A stretch of DNA of 64,000 nucleotides from Bacteroidia bacterium. GTDB lineage: Bacteria > Bacteroidota > Bacteroidia > NS11-12g > UBA9320. The stretch is from assembly GCA_965216465.1 (NCBI GenBank), contig CBDCFW010000006.1, positions 384,001 through 448,000 of the forward strand, read 5' to 3'. The position numbers were made by a program, and so were the translations under genes. Positions 42,456 through 54,848 of the stretch are shown piece by piece (the stretch's first letter is position 1; every line of letters starts with the position of its first letter). The notes under the pieces were generated by a model that saw only the letters and a list, made by a program, of their open reading frames with translations, was not told the origin of the DNA and did not search any database.

Positions 42456-43307
42456 ATGAAGAACTGGCTAATCATATTAATCTTAACCCTATGCATTCAT
42501 TCAAACGCCACGACCCTCACTCATGCCCATTCCCTCCTCCACACCCAAACTCAAACTCAAACTGCCCCATCATTAACCCCATCATTAACCCCATCCTTAA
42601 CCCCCTGGGATACTGCACTCTACATCGATGCTCTTAACGATACCTTTCATATAAAAGTGCATTTGCCGGCAGGTTATGATGCAAGTAAATCGTATCCGTT
42701 GCTTTGTTATGTCGATGGAAATTTAAATTTGGGTAAAGCAGTAGTTAATCTCTACAAATCAGATGTTAATCGTTCATTTTCAACGACTTGCATCTTGTTA
42801 AGCATAGAACATCACGGCAATATTCCTGTGCAACGGAGAAGGGATTTTTTATTTGATGGAGCTCCTATTTTCACCGATTTGATGAAGTTGTTGTTTCTTC
42901 CTTTAACAAAAGAGAAGTTTAGCGTTGACGAAAATAATATCTGCTTCTTGGGACATTCATTCGGAGGACTAATCGGCACTTATATGATGCTGAATGACAC
43001 TTTGTTTAGTCACCATATTTTATTGAGTCCTTCATTTTGGGTTAAAGACAAAGCGATATTTCAATATTTAGAAGAATCACCTGTTAGTTCTTACTTTATT
43101 TCGTGTGGTGGCATGGAACGCTTCAACGGAATTCATGACAATGTTCTTGATTTTGTAGAATCTGCTGAGCAGTATCATGGCACGGAAAACATTCAATTAA
43201 TTGTTTACCCATTCGCAAGACATAGCTCTTATCTGGATCGTGGGGTGAGGGATGGGGTCACGTGGTGGTTGGGGAAGGCTGAAAGTAAATCTGACGGAAC
43301 GCCGTAA
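42456..43307 (+). CDS. Alpha/beta hydrolase (IroE/Fes-like esterase) with low-complexity N-terminal insert
   Basis: LPAGY..YP, GHSFGG, SPSFW; TQTQTQ/SLTPSLTP encoded by DNA repeats. Confidence 0.8.
   Translation: MKNWLIILILTLCIHSNATTLTHAHSLLHTQTQTQTAPSLTPSLTPSLTPWDTALYIDALNDTFHIKVHLPAGYDASKSYPLLCYVDGNLNLGKAVVNLYKSDVNRSFSTTCILLSIEHHGNIPVQRRRDFLFDGAPIFTDLMKLLFLPLTKEKFSVDENNICFLGHSFGGLIGTYMMLNDTLFSHHILLSPSFWVKDKAIFQYLEESPVSSYFISCGGMERFNGIHDNVLDFVESAEQYHGTENIQLIVYPFARHSSYLDRGVRDGVTWWLGKAESKSDGTP
42545..42605 (+). repeat. CAAACT hexamer x3 plus CCCCATCATTAA 12-mer x3
   Basis: Read directly from sequence. Confidence 0.85.
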
Positions 43308-43310
43308 GAT

Positions 43311-43396
43311 CCACACTCTAACTCAAACTCAAACTCCAACCAAACCTCTAGACTCGCACTCACACTCCAACTCTAACTCACACTGCCATTAACCCC
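43311..43396 (+). repeat. Degenerate ACTCnn hexamer array ending in CCATTAACCCC
   Basis: actcta actcaa actcaa actcca ... actcgc actcac actcca actcta actcac actgcc attaacccc. Confidence 0.8.
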
Positions 43397-44008
43397 AAAA
43401 TACTCCTTATACCATTCCGTTTCGTGATGGTCAATTTTGGTCTCATCTACTTTGTGATTAACGTCTAGCTTTGCATAAAGAATTTCAAGCGAAGCAAAAT
43501 CGCGTTGACTGATAACTTGAATGTTGTTTCTCAACAATAGAGCGGCACATACACCGACACCTATTTGATAAACCTTGTTCTCTGCAAATCGATTTCCATC
43601 GTAGATAACTTGGCTGCCGCATGCAGCACTGATATCCATCATCACAGCTAACTCTATGTTCTGATCTTTTGCTATTTCTAACATTTTGTGGGCGGCTGCA
43701 ATCATACCTTTTGTCCAATCGAGACCAGATTCTGTTAAAACTTTGGCTTTGCCATCAAGTACATCATCGCCATTTCCACCGTGGATATCACACATTTCTC
43801 TTGGGGTACCAAACGAGAATTCTTCAGGACAAAATCGCGTGACTTTTGCATTGTCGTACTTTAATAACTGCAATGCACTGGGATACCTTCCGTTTGCTGT
43901 TCCATCGTAACCACATTCTACTCCAGCCAAGCATGCACTCATTAAAATGCGAAGTGGATTGTCTGCAGTTGGGCGACGAAGTGATTGTAGTTTTTGACGG
44001 TCAGTCAT
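43373..44008 (-). CDS. DUF523 / 2-thiouracil desulfurase (TudS)-like Fe-S protein
   Basis: ILMSACLAG..CGYDG, FCPE..GTPRE, SAACGS..IYDG. Confidence 0.85.
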   Translation of the reverse strand: MTDRQKLQSLRRPTADNPLRILMSACLAGVECGYDGTANGRYPSALQLLKYDNAKVTRFCPEEFSFGTPREMCDIHGGNGDDVLDGKAKVLTESGLDWTKGMIAAAHKMLEIAKDQNIELAVMMDISAACGSQVIYDGNRFAENKVYQIGVGVCAALLLRNNIQVISQRDFASLEILYAKLDVNHKVDETKIDHHETEWYKEYFGVNGSVS

Positions 44009-44015
44009 GCTCAAA

Positions 44016-44507
44016 TTAAGGAATAAGCATTTTAAGTATTTCTGCAAGCTTTTTGAGGTCAACTTGATCCTTGAATAACTGAATCTTCAAACTTCTTTCT
44101 GGATTTGGTGATAAGCATGCGTCAATGATGCTCTGCAAGTAACGCTTAAATTCAAGCTCATCATCATCCGGAAACTTCGTAAATACAAAACCATTTTCTT
44201 TTTGTCCGATGTAAACTAAGACACAAGGATCAGGTAATTTTATATTGAACTGGTTGTTAATATTGATGATTAACTGAGAATATTCTTCAATCTGATTTGA
44301 ATAAAAGTACAAAAGATGAACTTTTGAACCGGCATAGGCAGATAAATGCTGATTTCGAGAGTCGTCTGTAAGTAGTTTTCCTGCCTTTGAAGAAGGATGA
44401 ACAAATGGAATAATTAACGCTTCATCTTCAGCCATATCCTCTAAATGGCTAATTTTATCTGCAATATCTTCAACAGATTCTTGTGAAATATAGTTAAAAG
44501 TAAACAT
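44016..44507 (-). CDS. Hypothetical protein
   Basis: Open frame coupled to upstream ORF; no recognised motif. Confidence 0.5.
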   Translation of the reverse strand: MFTFNYISQESVEDIADKISHLEDMAEDEALIIPFVHPSSKAGKLLTDDSRNQHLSAYAGSKVHLLYFYSNQIEEYSQLIININNQFNIKLPDPCVLVYIGQKENGFVFTKFPDDDELEFKRYLQSIIDACLSPNPERSLKIQLFKDQVDLKKLAEILKMLIP

Positions 44508-44508
44508 G

Positions 44509-45732
44509 TCAAACTTGTAAATAATATGCCCCCATAGCTCTTGTAAAACCAGTATTACCCAGCCATTGAGGATGTTCTCGATTCCACTTATTGTAAATAT
44601 GTTTTGCAAGTAGCCTCAATTTTCTAGAACTCAGATTTTTGTTACGTTTCATGCTTACTTTAACTTTATCAATTATTGTGTTATCAAATTTAGATAAAAG
44701 CATGATATCGAGTAGGTTCTCTTCTTTTCCGGTTCCATCCAACCACTCTTGGACAAATCTACGGTATAATTGGTAGTACTTCTCAATATCGAACTTACCG
44801 TTTGTAAGCACCATTATTTGGTAAACTTCAGCTACACGACAGAGTATTGCCCAGTAAAAATCTGTTAGACGTTTTTGCTCAAGTGGCAGCCTAACTTCCT
44901 GGCTGTTAGAATATTTACGATCTGCTAGAAATCCTACTGGATCAATAGTTTCCCTGCCTATTTCTAATGCTGGAAGTGTAAATGTTTGTCTCTGAAACTT
45001 CTTACTTGATGAACTTGACAACGCCTTTTTTAGTACATGACCTACTATTTTACCCCACTTTTGTTGACGTAAAATGTAAAACAACCTTGGATAGAGTTGG
45101 ATATTCAACAGTATTGGAACAACTTGTCGTCTATATGTTTTTAATATCATCCGTGATTTCCAAAATGTTTTGGTCTGATTAAAACTATGATAGCAGAGGT
45201 CTAAAAGTTGAGGTACTTCTTTTAAGGTGTATTGACCAGACTTAAACCTACTCAGAGCCTCTTTGATTCTTTGTGCGTCTCCATAGTTCTTCTTCTCATC
45301 TTCGGTCATTTGAGACTTGTGCATATATGCTGCTTCTAATATTGGTGATGAGGAATAGTAAAACTTTGTATAATTCAAATAATATTTGACAATTTGTCTA
45401 TCAACTAAGCGAATTCGATAGTTAGAACGTCCAAGATTTTTGTTTATCGAGCTAAAAGATAGTCGAAGAAAAATGTTTCCAATATAAAACGAATTGGAAA
45501 CAACAGATTTGCTCAAGTGATCGTAATGATCCCATTCCTCTTTTAGGTAGTCGGCACTTTTGTGAATGTTAAGCACATCCTCGATGTGTTCACTAATCTT
45601 CTCTTGATTCTCTAAATCGATGTCAAGAATCTTCAATATCTCATCAGCATCTTCATCACGTATAACAATTGACTTTGTACCTGTAAGAGCTTTGATTTGG
45701 TTCTTTGTACCGGAACAAAAGTAAAAACTCAT
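44509..45732 (-). CDS. Hypothetical protein
   Basis: About 400-aa ORF, no signal peptide or recognised motif. Confidence 0.55.
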   Translation of the reverse strand: MSFYFCSGTKNQIKALTGTKSIVIRDEDADEILKILDIDLENQEKISEHIEDVLNIHKSADYLKEEWDHYDHLSKSVVSNSFYIGNIFLRLSFSSINKNLGRSNYRIRLVDRQIVKYYLNYTKFYYSSSPILEAAYMHKSQMTEDEKKNYGDAQRIKEALSRFKSGQYTLKEVPQLLDLCYHSFNQTKTFWKSRMILKTYRRQVVPILLNIQLYPRLFYILRQQKWGKIVGHVLKKALSSSSSKKFQRQTFTLPALEIGRETIDPVGFLADRKYSNSQEVRLPLEQKRLTDFYWAILCRVAEVYQIMVLTNGKFDIEKYYQLYRRFVQEWLDGTGKEENLLDIMLLSKFDNTIIDKVKVSMKRNKNLSSRKLRLLAKHIYNKWNREHPQWLGNTGFTRAMGAYYLQV

Positions 45733-45957
45733 TACCCAAATATACCTAATTAAGATAAATTGTATTATGTAATTTCCTTTTGCAATATGTCTCAAACCTT
45801 GTTCTTCTGATGTAAATGTTTTGAAGCGTTTTGCCTAAGTGGAATTCGTGAAATTCTACATAGCGTGATAGTGTATGTTGTTCTTACCCCTAATTTTTTC
45901 TAAATTTGGAAGAGCTCATTCCTAAACGACTAAGCCGTAAACCTAACCTTATCAATT

Positions 45958-48900
45958 ATGTTCAATTTTCGTTCAGTACTAACCTTACTCTTTCTGACTT
46001 CTTGTGCTACTGCATTTTCGCAACAAACTATCATCGTTGACCACTTAGGGTCAGGCGATTACACCACAATTCAGGATGCCCTAAATTCAATTAACGGGAC
46101 CACCATCACCCAAGAAACCCGCATCCAAATCAAAGCAGGGACATACGATGAGCACCTGCAAATTGACAGCATTCAAGGTACAAGCTCAATTAACAGAGTA
46201 ATTCTCGAATCATTTTCTGGCGACACCGCTGATGTTTTAATCTTTCACGATTCAGTAGATATTTTTCCTGCCCGATCGAGTGTTGACATCAGAAAAACAA
46301 AGCATCTGCTCTTTCAAAACCTCAGTTTTAGATGTCCAGAAGATGAAGGTTATATCGTTGGTTTAGACGAAGGTGTTGGCGAACTTGAATTTAACGGTTG
46401 TCATTTTTTTAAGGGCTCAGGCATTGACGACAAACCCGCAATCAGTTTGAACTATAGCTTTAGTGCTTCCGATTACGATTTAGGTAGCTTGTATCTAAGA
46501 AACAATCAGTGTACAGATGTTCGACTGTTTTCGCGCGATATCTCCTTGTTTAATATTGAAACGCTTGAAATAACGAACAATACTATTTCTTACGTCAACT
46601 CTACCAGTAATGATGTGCCCATATTGCAAGCCAAAGTGGTTGAAGTTCAAAATAACACGTTCAACAACTCTTCAGTCGGTATCGTTACTGGAGCAGATAA
46701 GATCACGATTACCGGCAATTTTTGTTCTACACGAAGTACAGCCATTTCGATCAATACAAGAACCAAAGGAGATACTTCAGCACTTGTTGCCAATAACATG
46801 ATTAGTACCAAAAGAACGGTTGGAGTTCATGTTGCAACTGGAAAAGTTGACGTGCTCAACAACAACATCCATAACTACGATACCATTTCACAATCCATGG
46901 CCGTTTATCTCGGTAGTCTTGATTCTGTTAGGGTGATAAATAACATTATGAGCAGTTTGGGAACCAAAGCAATTGGCTTCTTTTTATTCGATACGCTAAT
47001 CCCTTCTAGCTTTTATTGCGACTACAACAACTATCATTTCCCAGAAGGTAATTACACCTTGAACAACTTCACATTCCCTGCTACAACAACAAGCTCTATT
47101 GCCGAAAATATGAGCAAATACAATATTGATTCGAACAGTGTGGCCTTTGACCCGCTCTTCGTCTCCGATTTTGACTTGCACACACGCAATGGAATTCTCA
47201 AAGGCAAAGGGATTCATTTACCCGAAGTACTCTTTGATATAGATGGCGATGCACGTGATCCTGATGAGCCCATAATTGGTGCAGATGTGATAACCGAAAG
47301 CGTAGATCTTGTGCCGAGCAGCTTTAAAAACTTTGTTGGACAATTCTATCCCGGTAAAACCATGGAAATTGAATACGAAGTTTCAAACAGTGGTGGCCTC
47401 GACCTTAGTTCTTTAACCTGGTACGATGACATTTATTTGAGTTCAGATCAAACTCTAGACGAAGGCGACATCCGACTCGAAACCATTACCAACAACTTTA
47501 CGGTAGATGCTTCGGACCTCTATTCGAGACGTCCCTCTGTATCTATTCCCTATATTGCTGGAGGAACTTATTACTTCATTCTTCAAACCAACTCAACCAA
47601 GATTGCATTTGAAGACACCACCAACAATACGCTAGTTTCTTCAGCTAGAGTTTTGCCTGTGCCCCAATTGCCGAATTTAGAAGTAACAAGTGTTACCGTT
47701 CCTCCTTCAATCTTCAGCGGGAAGCAATTCACCCTCAGCTGGACAGTCGAAAACACAGGAAACGCAAGTACAACAGGCAGCTGGAGTGACTATGTGTATT
47801 TCGCTACCAATGAAAATATTCTCAAACTGAACAATCAAGGCATTAAAGATTCCTTGCTACGCATAAAGGTTTCTGCTCCCACAGGATTGAAAGCAGGCGA
47901 ATCATACACTTCTTCTACCACGCTAGGTTTTACCTATCAAATTTTCCGGAAATGTGTACTACCGCGTGCAAACAAATGGCAATCTCAACATATTTGAACA
48001 AGACACAACGTTTGTTGACAATGGAAAAATAAGTGCAGCACTCAATGTTATTCAATCGCCGCTTCCAGACCTTACAATCACTGGATTGAACATACAGTCT
48101 TCTGCCTTTTCTGGAGATACTGTATTAGCGAATTGGACGGTAAAAAATGTAGGCCAACAAAAGACCTACAGAACAGACCGATTCTATAAACCTACTCCAC
48201 TGGAAGACAACCCAAGAATGTGGTACGATCGCTTGATTATTTCGAAGAATCCAGTATTTGATCCGAACGATAAAAACAACATTCAAAAAGCTTTCTATAG
48301 CCGTGCCGCTAATGATGAACTCGATGTTGATTCATCGTATACCGTTAATGCAAAAGTTGCCTTTAGTCGTTGTGAATATGGCAAGTATTATGTTTTTGCC
48401 GTAACCAATTACACGGCATCTACCTTCGAGCTTCGATACGATAACAACGTGGTATTGATGGATAGCATTGAGCTGATACTTCAGCCCAACCCTGACCTCA
48501 AACCAACGTCAATCAGTGTAACCAATGAGCCTGCTTCAGGTAAAACCATCGACATCGATTACACCATCGAAAATGACGGTTTTGATGATTGGCGTGGATT
48601 CAGTTTTAAGAACAGATTCTACATCCACCCTAACCCAACATTCAATGCTCAAGAAGCTCAATTTTTAGGCAGAACCTATGTTTATGATTCATTGTTGAAA
48701 GGCGATGATTTCTCAGAATCGGTAACCTTTGATGTGCCTTACCGCGTATACGGAGATCAATACGTTACAGTATTTACCGACGAAGATCAAAAGATTTGCG
48801 AGGCTCCAAACGACGACAACAACATCCTCACTACCAGTTTAGTAGATGTCGAACTTTCGAAACAACCTGATTTGGTTCTGGAGGTAAATGAGATTCCAGA

Positions 48901-51900
48901 CACCTTAATTCCAGGTCAAAATTTACAGCTTATTATCTCTACAAAAAATCAAGGAGAAGAAGCGGCTCGCGAAGGATACTGGTACAACACCGTTCATCTG
49001 ATTAGCAACATAAATTATGAGCTAAGAAAGTATAGAATATCGGATGAGTTAGGTGCCGGACTAACACGTAACGACACCTTGAACATTACCATTCCATTAG
49101 ACCTAAAAGAAGGCTTTTATATTGTTCGTCTTACTACGGATTTTACCGACCGAATTTTTGAATTTGGAGGTGAGCAAAACAACATTTTGAGCAGTGATGT
49201 GGTTCAAGTGGTGCGTGATGACAACCGAGTTCCTGACCTTGATGTTATGAGTTTGAAGGTGCTTGAGACTGATCCTCGAGCCGGCGATGAAGTTTCGTTA
49301 GAAGTTAAAATTCTAAACCGTAGTTTAACTACATCCCAAACAGGCTGGAAAGGAAAAATTGAACTGGAAGATGCCGATGGAAACTTATATGCATTCTTCT
49401 ACCCAAATCACCTTGGCCGGATAGCCAAAGATCAAACGGTGACCGACACCGTTAAAATTAGACTGCCTTTTAGCAAAAGCGGTCAAATCACTTTCCATTA
49501 TACGACCAACCACGAGAATAAGCCTATTGAGTATGTGCGAGCGAACAATACTCGGTCGATTACCCGTTCAGTGCTGGCCTATATCCCACCCGACTTAGAG
49601 CCTTCGAAGATTACTTCGCAAGTGTGTTGTAATGTATATTCATTTCAGCATGACACGCTATCAATAGAAGTTGATAATAACGGCCCTGGAGATGTTTTAG
49701 GCAGAGGATACTTTGCGAAAGTGTACTTGTCGGATGATGAAATTCTGGACAAGCACGATTATCATTTAGCCACACATCAACACTTTAGCGGTGTTCGTTC
49801 GGGTTCAACCGAAACCTTAGATATTCCTGTTAAATATCCTTACACCCGAGCTGGAACATTGTTTTATATCGTTGAAATAGATACAGACAATGATATTTAT
49901 GAAGGTGGAAATGAAGACAACAACAAGTACACTTCGGGTTATTCGATTAACCTTTCCAATGAGATAACCGACCTCTCATTGGACTCAATTTCAATCACCA
50001 ATTATACAGGACCCGATGACCGGTATGTGTTTGTAAATTACACCTTCTCAAAACCAGCAGGCGACTCGATATATCGAAACTGGAACAACTATATCTTGCT
50101 CTCCCAAGATAAGCGTTCATTGCCGCATGCAGTGGGGACGACTCCTCATGAATATACGGCCAATCTACCGGGAAATGTAGACACCTTTATGGAAACCAAA
50201 TTGGCTACCATGCCTCGAAACTTACAACCGGGTTACTATTTTATCGGGATGTTGCTAGACCGGAATAATGAGGTGTACGAAACCACGGAAGATAACAATG
50301 TACTGTTCTCTTCTGACAGTTTTTACTTCGATTTTTCGGTTCCATTAGAGTTAGACAGCATAAAAGACACTTTCTGGATAGAAGGCCAGTTTGCGAGCAG
50401 TTTGTATTACAATGTTGAACGTCCACAAGACAAAGGAATGATCGTCAACTTAGATGTTTCTGACAAAAATGCATCTACCGAAATGTATCACCGAGCAGGC
50501 TTTATTCCTTCGGCCACGGTATACGACAACAAGTACAACAATCCATTTCTTGCCGATCAAGAAATCTTGGTTCCGGTAACTGATACCGCTGTTAAGGATT
50601 ACTTGTACGTAGTGCCCAAGTATGTACCTCCGGTATATGACATCCACGATCGATTGGATCCCGTTCCCTATTCGATAGTTGCCAACTCTGCAGAATTTAG
50701 CATTCATTCCGTAGCACCTAATACAGGAAGCGTTTACGGCAATACTACAGTGCAAGTGAAAGGCTTCGATTTTGACAGCGAGACTAACTTCATATTGTTA
50801 AATGCATCGAACGATACCATCACCCCATTTGCTGAAAAAATCTTGAATTCAAGTGAGGCGGTACTCACCTTCGACCTCCGAGAAAAAGAGCTAGGTTTCT
50901 ACGACTTGTTGGCTCTAAAACCTGCGTCAAAGGCTACGCTAGATCAAGGATTTGAAGTTGACACCTTGGGATTTGAAGACCCATGGGTGAATGTTGATAT
51001 ACCGCACCTACACTTGACCCGCAAGCCTGCGGTGATGAACATCAATTTTGGAAATCATGCCAACACGAACGGCTACGATTATTGGCTGGTTGTGGCGATT
51101 ACCAACGCCAAGCAAAATGTAGATCACTTAGAAACCAGTTTTGTAGGTTCCTCTGAAGAGGAATTGAATGAATTGTATGATTTTACTGGTAATCCAACAG
51201 GAGATTCGACCCATGTTGATATTGATGGTATTCGCTACTTTGTGTATTGGATTCCACAGTTATCGGCCAAAGCACAAACTACATTTACGTATACCATAAA
51301 GCATTCAGAAGAGGATACAACTATGGTATACAGTCTGTTGTTCCGTCAACCGTTGAGTGCATTTTCAATGTCTGGACGATTTGGGGATCTGTGGGAAAGT
51401 CAGACTGTGTACGAATGGTATGAAGCCTATTCAGACAATGTTGGTTTGAAAGAAAAAGCTGGATTTGACTGCAACCGAATCGATATAAAAAATGTACAAC
51501 AGGAGTTGGCGAACCAAACCATAGAGCATGCCAAGAATGTGCATGGTGGTGTAGGAACATTTGGTGCTGCACGAGGCGGACGCGATGTGGCTAAAATTGC
51601 CTTTGAAGAATGGAAAAAAGATGTGCGAAGCATCGGTGATTCGAAAACGCAGCAAGACATGTTGAAAGACATGGTTTTCAAGAAGAAATCGATTACAGAA
51701 ACGGCTACAGACTACTTGAAAAAAATCGACCCTAGAACCAACGCAACCGAGCGATTCTACAAAAAAGATCCTCCTTTTGGCAATTTGGTGAAGGATGTAT
51801 TTAGCTGTTTGGATAACGATCCTGAGTTTAAGAAAAACATCAACCGTTGTATCCATGTAAGTTCACACCCGAGGTACGGAAAGACGTATCACAACCTCTG

Positions 51901-53059
51901 TAAAAAGAAGAAAAAGGATAACGAAGACAACTTCATTACGCGTTGGGTAAATTCAATTGACCCGAATGAGATTGAAGGCCCTCAAGGTGTTACTGATTTG
52001 CGTTATGTTGATCAAGGTGAAGACATGAATTACATCATCCGATTTGAGAATAAGCCAGAAGCATCTGCTCCAGCGGTAACGGCGTCGATTAACAATCCAC
52101 TCGATTCTGCGTTCAGATTGCAGTCTTTTGCATTGAAGGAAATTGGTTTTGGAGACACCGTAATCATTTTGAACGATGAAAATAGCTTGAACCAAGTATA
52201 TGACTTAGGTCCAAAATACAATGATCAGCAGTTGCATGTTGTTGCTGGTTTAGATGTGTTAAACCATCAAGCCGTATGGAGAATGACGACCATCAACCCT
52301 GCTACTGGAAATCCGGTGGATGACCCATTTGGCGGCTTCTTACCACCAAATGATAGCACAGGAATTGGGGAAGGCTATGTGAAATATGTGATTAAAATGG
52401 TTGATGATGTTGAGGTTGGAAATGAAGTATTAAATGCTGCAGATATTATCTTCGATCAGAACGAGATCATTCCTACCAATACCTGGTCGAATATAGTAAC
52501 TGGAAGTGCTCCGAGCAGTCATGTTAAAGCCCTACCTAGCAATTCAGCTAAAGAATTTACAGTGAATTGGACAGGTACAGATGGCGAATTGGGACCGGGA
52601 ATACACTCCTACTCGATTTATGTATCGAAGGATGACGAAGCCTATTATGAATGGATTGCAAATTCATCGGATACCAGTGCACAATTCATTGGCGAACCGG
52701 GAAGTGTTTATCGTTTTTACAGCATCGTTAATTTAATGAATGGGGCAAGTGAAGGAATTCCGGCCACTTATGATGCAATAACGGAAATAGACCCTGCACG
52801 TATTGAACGTATTATTGAAGAAAACAGGCTGGTGATTTATCCTAATCCAGGAAGTGGAGTGATTAACATCCGTCAAGAGCATGCTAAGCAATTGCACATC
52901 ACCTTACGCTCGATTCACGGACAAGTATTGGGAGAATATGATCTATCAGAATTAGAAAACGAGATTGAAGTTTATCATCTTCCTGCAGGCTTGTACATTA
53001 TTGAAATGAACCAAGATGGAGTAAGAAGAAATGTAAGATGGTTGAAAGGGGAGGGTTAA
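45958..53059 (+). pseudogene. Giant T9SS-secreted protein (beta-helix, CARDB repeats, DPN motif, type-A CTD) split by a +1 frameshift near 47926-47931
   Basis: ORFs 45958-47997 and 47954-53059 both carry PDL/CARDB repeats; signal peptide only in the first and CTD only in the second; removing one base in CTAGGTTTTACCT joins the frames. Confidence 0.8.
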
Positions 53060-53298
53060 TTGGGTGATTAATCTTCGATTCACGAAAATCGTCATTTAAT
53101 TCCTATCTAAACTATTAGATTTGAGTCGTTAAACTTCGTCAAATCCTGATATAGAAATTAATTAATTTACAGTAACTTAAGTTTTAATGACGAAAAAGCA
53201 AAATTAATGAAGTATTGATATCACTCTTCAGTAGATATTCAAGTATTATATTTACAAACTACAAAATGGCTTAATTAAGTTTTAAAATCAATAAAAAG

Positions 53299-54705
53299 AT
53301 GAAGTTTTTCTACATATTTTCTTTATTTCTAGTTTCATGTACTCATTCAATTGAGAGTGGAAATTCGCAGTGGTATACCGAAAGAGGATCCATTGGTGCA
53401 TTTGGTCATTCTAAAGAAGAATGCAATTTACCACTATTGGAATCGTGGAGATTGGATTTTCCTGATGGACCTCTTCCTCTTAATGTTACCACTAATGCTG
53501 AGCCAATTTCTGGTGATGGGAAAGTATTTTATTCAAGAAGTGATTTAATACACGCACTAGATGCCAGGAACGGCAATGAGATTTGGACGTTTTCTGCTCC
53601 GGAAAATGGATGTTTCAAGACGTGCACATATATGGAATTTGACAAAGGAGAGGCTAAAAGGATTTTTGTTACATCAGGATCGCAGTCTTCAATAAAATTG
53701 TTTTGTCTTGAGGCTGAAACAGGTTCACCCATTTGGGTAAAATCTTATTCTAATATAGGTCCTTCAATTAGTCCTTGTTGTTTTGTTTCTCCTCCGACAA
53801 TTAGTGGCAACAATATATATTTTACTATGAAGGGTGCACAAAATAATGCAGCAAATGACACAAGTAACATTCAAGTGGTTTCTAGATTAATATGCGTGGA
53901 TGTCAATGGGACAGAAGTGTTCAATAATGAATTTATAAACACATCCTTGAACACCAATTCTCCACCTTTAACTGGAGCAGGACAAATTTACATATCAGAC
54001 ATTTATAATAACGTAATCAAGGTCTTTAACATGATTGGGGACATTAAGTTCAATATTACAGAGATTTCTAGTGCTCCTTTGATAGATAATGGCATAATCG
54101 ATTATACTGGGGGATCTATTAAGTATATTGTTGCTGATGCCACATATCCCTCGTCAACTATATGCATTTACCTACCATGGTTTAGGCGTAACAATTATTC
54201 AACAATACCTCAACCTGAACGAGGTTTTTTTATAACGGCATTTAACCAGTCTGGAGCTAAGTTGTGGAGAACAGAAATGCTATCAAACGATCAAAATAGT
54301 ACCTATTTTGGGGTTGCGTTAAGCCAAGATCTGCTACCCAAAGATTACTTGATATACGCAGGAAGAGATAGACAGGCAACAGATACGGGCACTATAGGAC
54401 AAAATGCAATCAAAGTTTACAAAATTGACAAATCAAATGGCTCAATAGTTTGGTCGACACACTTAAATGAGACGTTTTATAGGTGTAGTGCTCCTGTTAT
54501 TTGGGGCTCTAATGTTTTTTTTATGTTTGGAGCAGAGCACTTGACATTAGAGGCATTAAACTTTCATAACGGGTCTTCAGTTTGGTATGAAGAGTACCAA
54601 ATTCCTCTTACCACAATGGTAAACCAAGATCGTTTAAGTGTAATTGGGAATAAATTAGTATTCTATCAGCGAAATGGAGCGATTAGAGCTTTGGAAAGTA
54701 ACTAA
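53299..54705 (+). CDS. PQQ-type beta-propeller lipoprotein
   Basis: Lipobox VSC; ALDARNGNEIW, CLEAETGSPIW, IDKSNGSIVW repeats. Confidence 0.75.
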   Translation: MKFFYIFSLFLVSCTHSIESGNSQWYTERGSIGAFGHSKEECNLPLLESWRLDFPDGPLPLNVTTNAEPISGDGKVFYSRSDLIHALDARNGNEIWTFSAPENGCFKTCTYMEFDKGEAKRIFVTSGSQSSIKLFCLEAETGSPIWVKSYSNIGPSISPCCFVSPPTISGNNIYFTMKGAQNNAANDTSNIQVVSRLICVDVNGTEVFNNEFINTSLNTNSPPLTGAGQIYISDIYNNVIKVFNMIGDIKFNITEISSAPLIDNGIIDYTGGSIKYIVADATYPSSTICIYLPWFRRNNYSTIPQPERGFFITAFNQSGAKLWRTEMLSNDQNSTYFGVALSQDLLPKDYLIYAGRDRQATDTGTIGQNAIKVYKIDKSNGSIVWSTHLNETFYRCSAPVIWGSNVFFMFGAEHLTLEALNFHNGSSVWYEEYQIPLTTMVNQDRLSVIGNKLVFYQRNGAIRALESN

Positions 54706-54848
54706 TTTAATCAGACAAGATAATTTGCCCTAATTTCCAGATTCAATCAAAATAGGCATTATAGTAATGATGCAAGGTGGTATAAGAAGTAATGTAAAAA
54801 GGTTAAAAGGAAGATGGCCTTAATTAAGAGTTAATTTTATAATACTCC

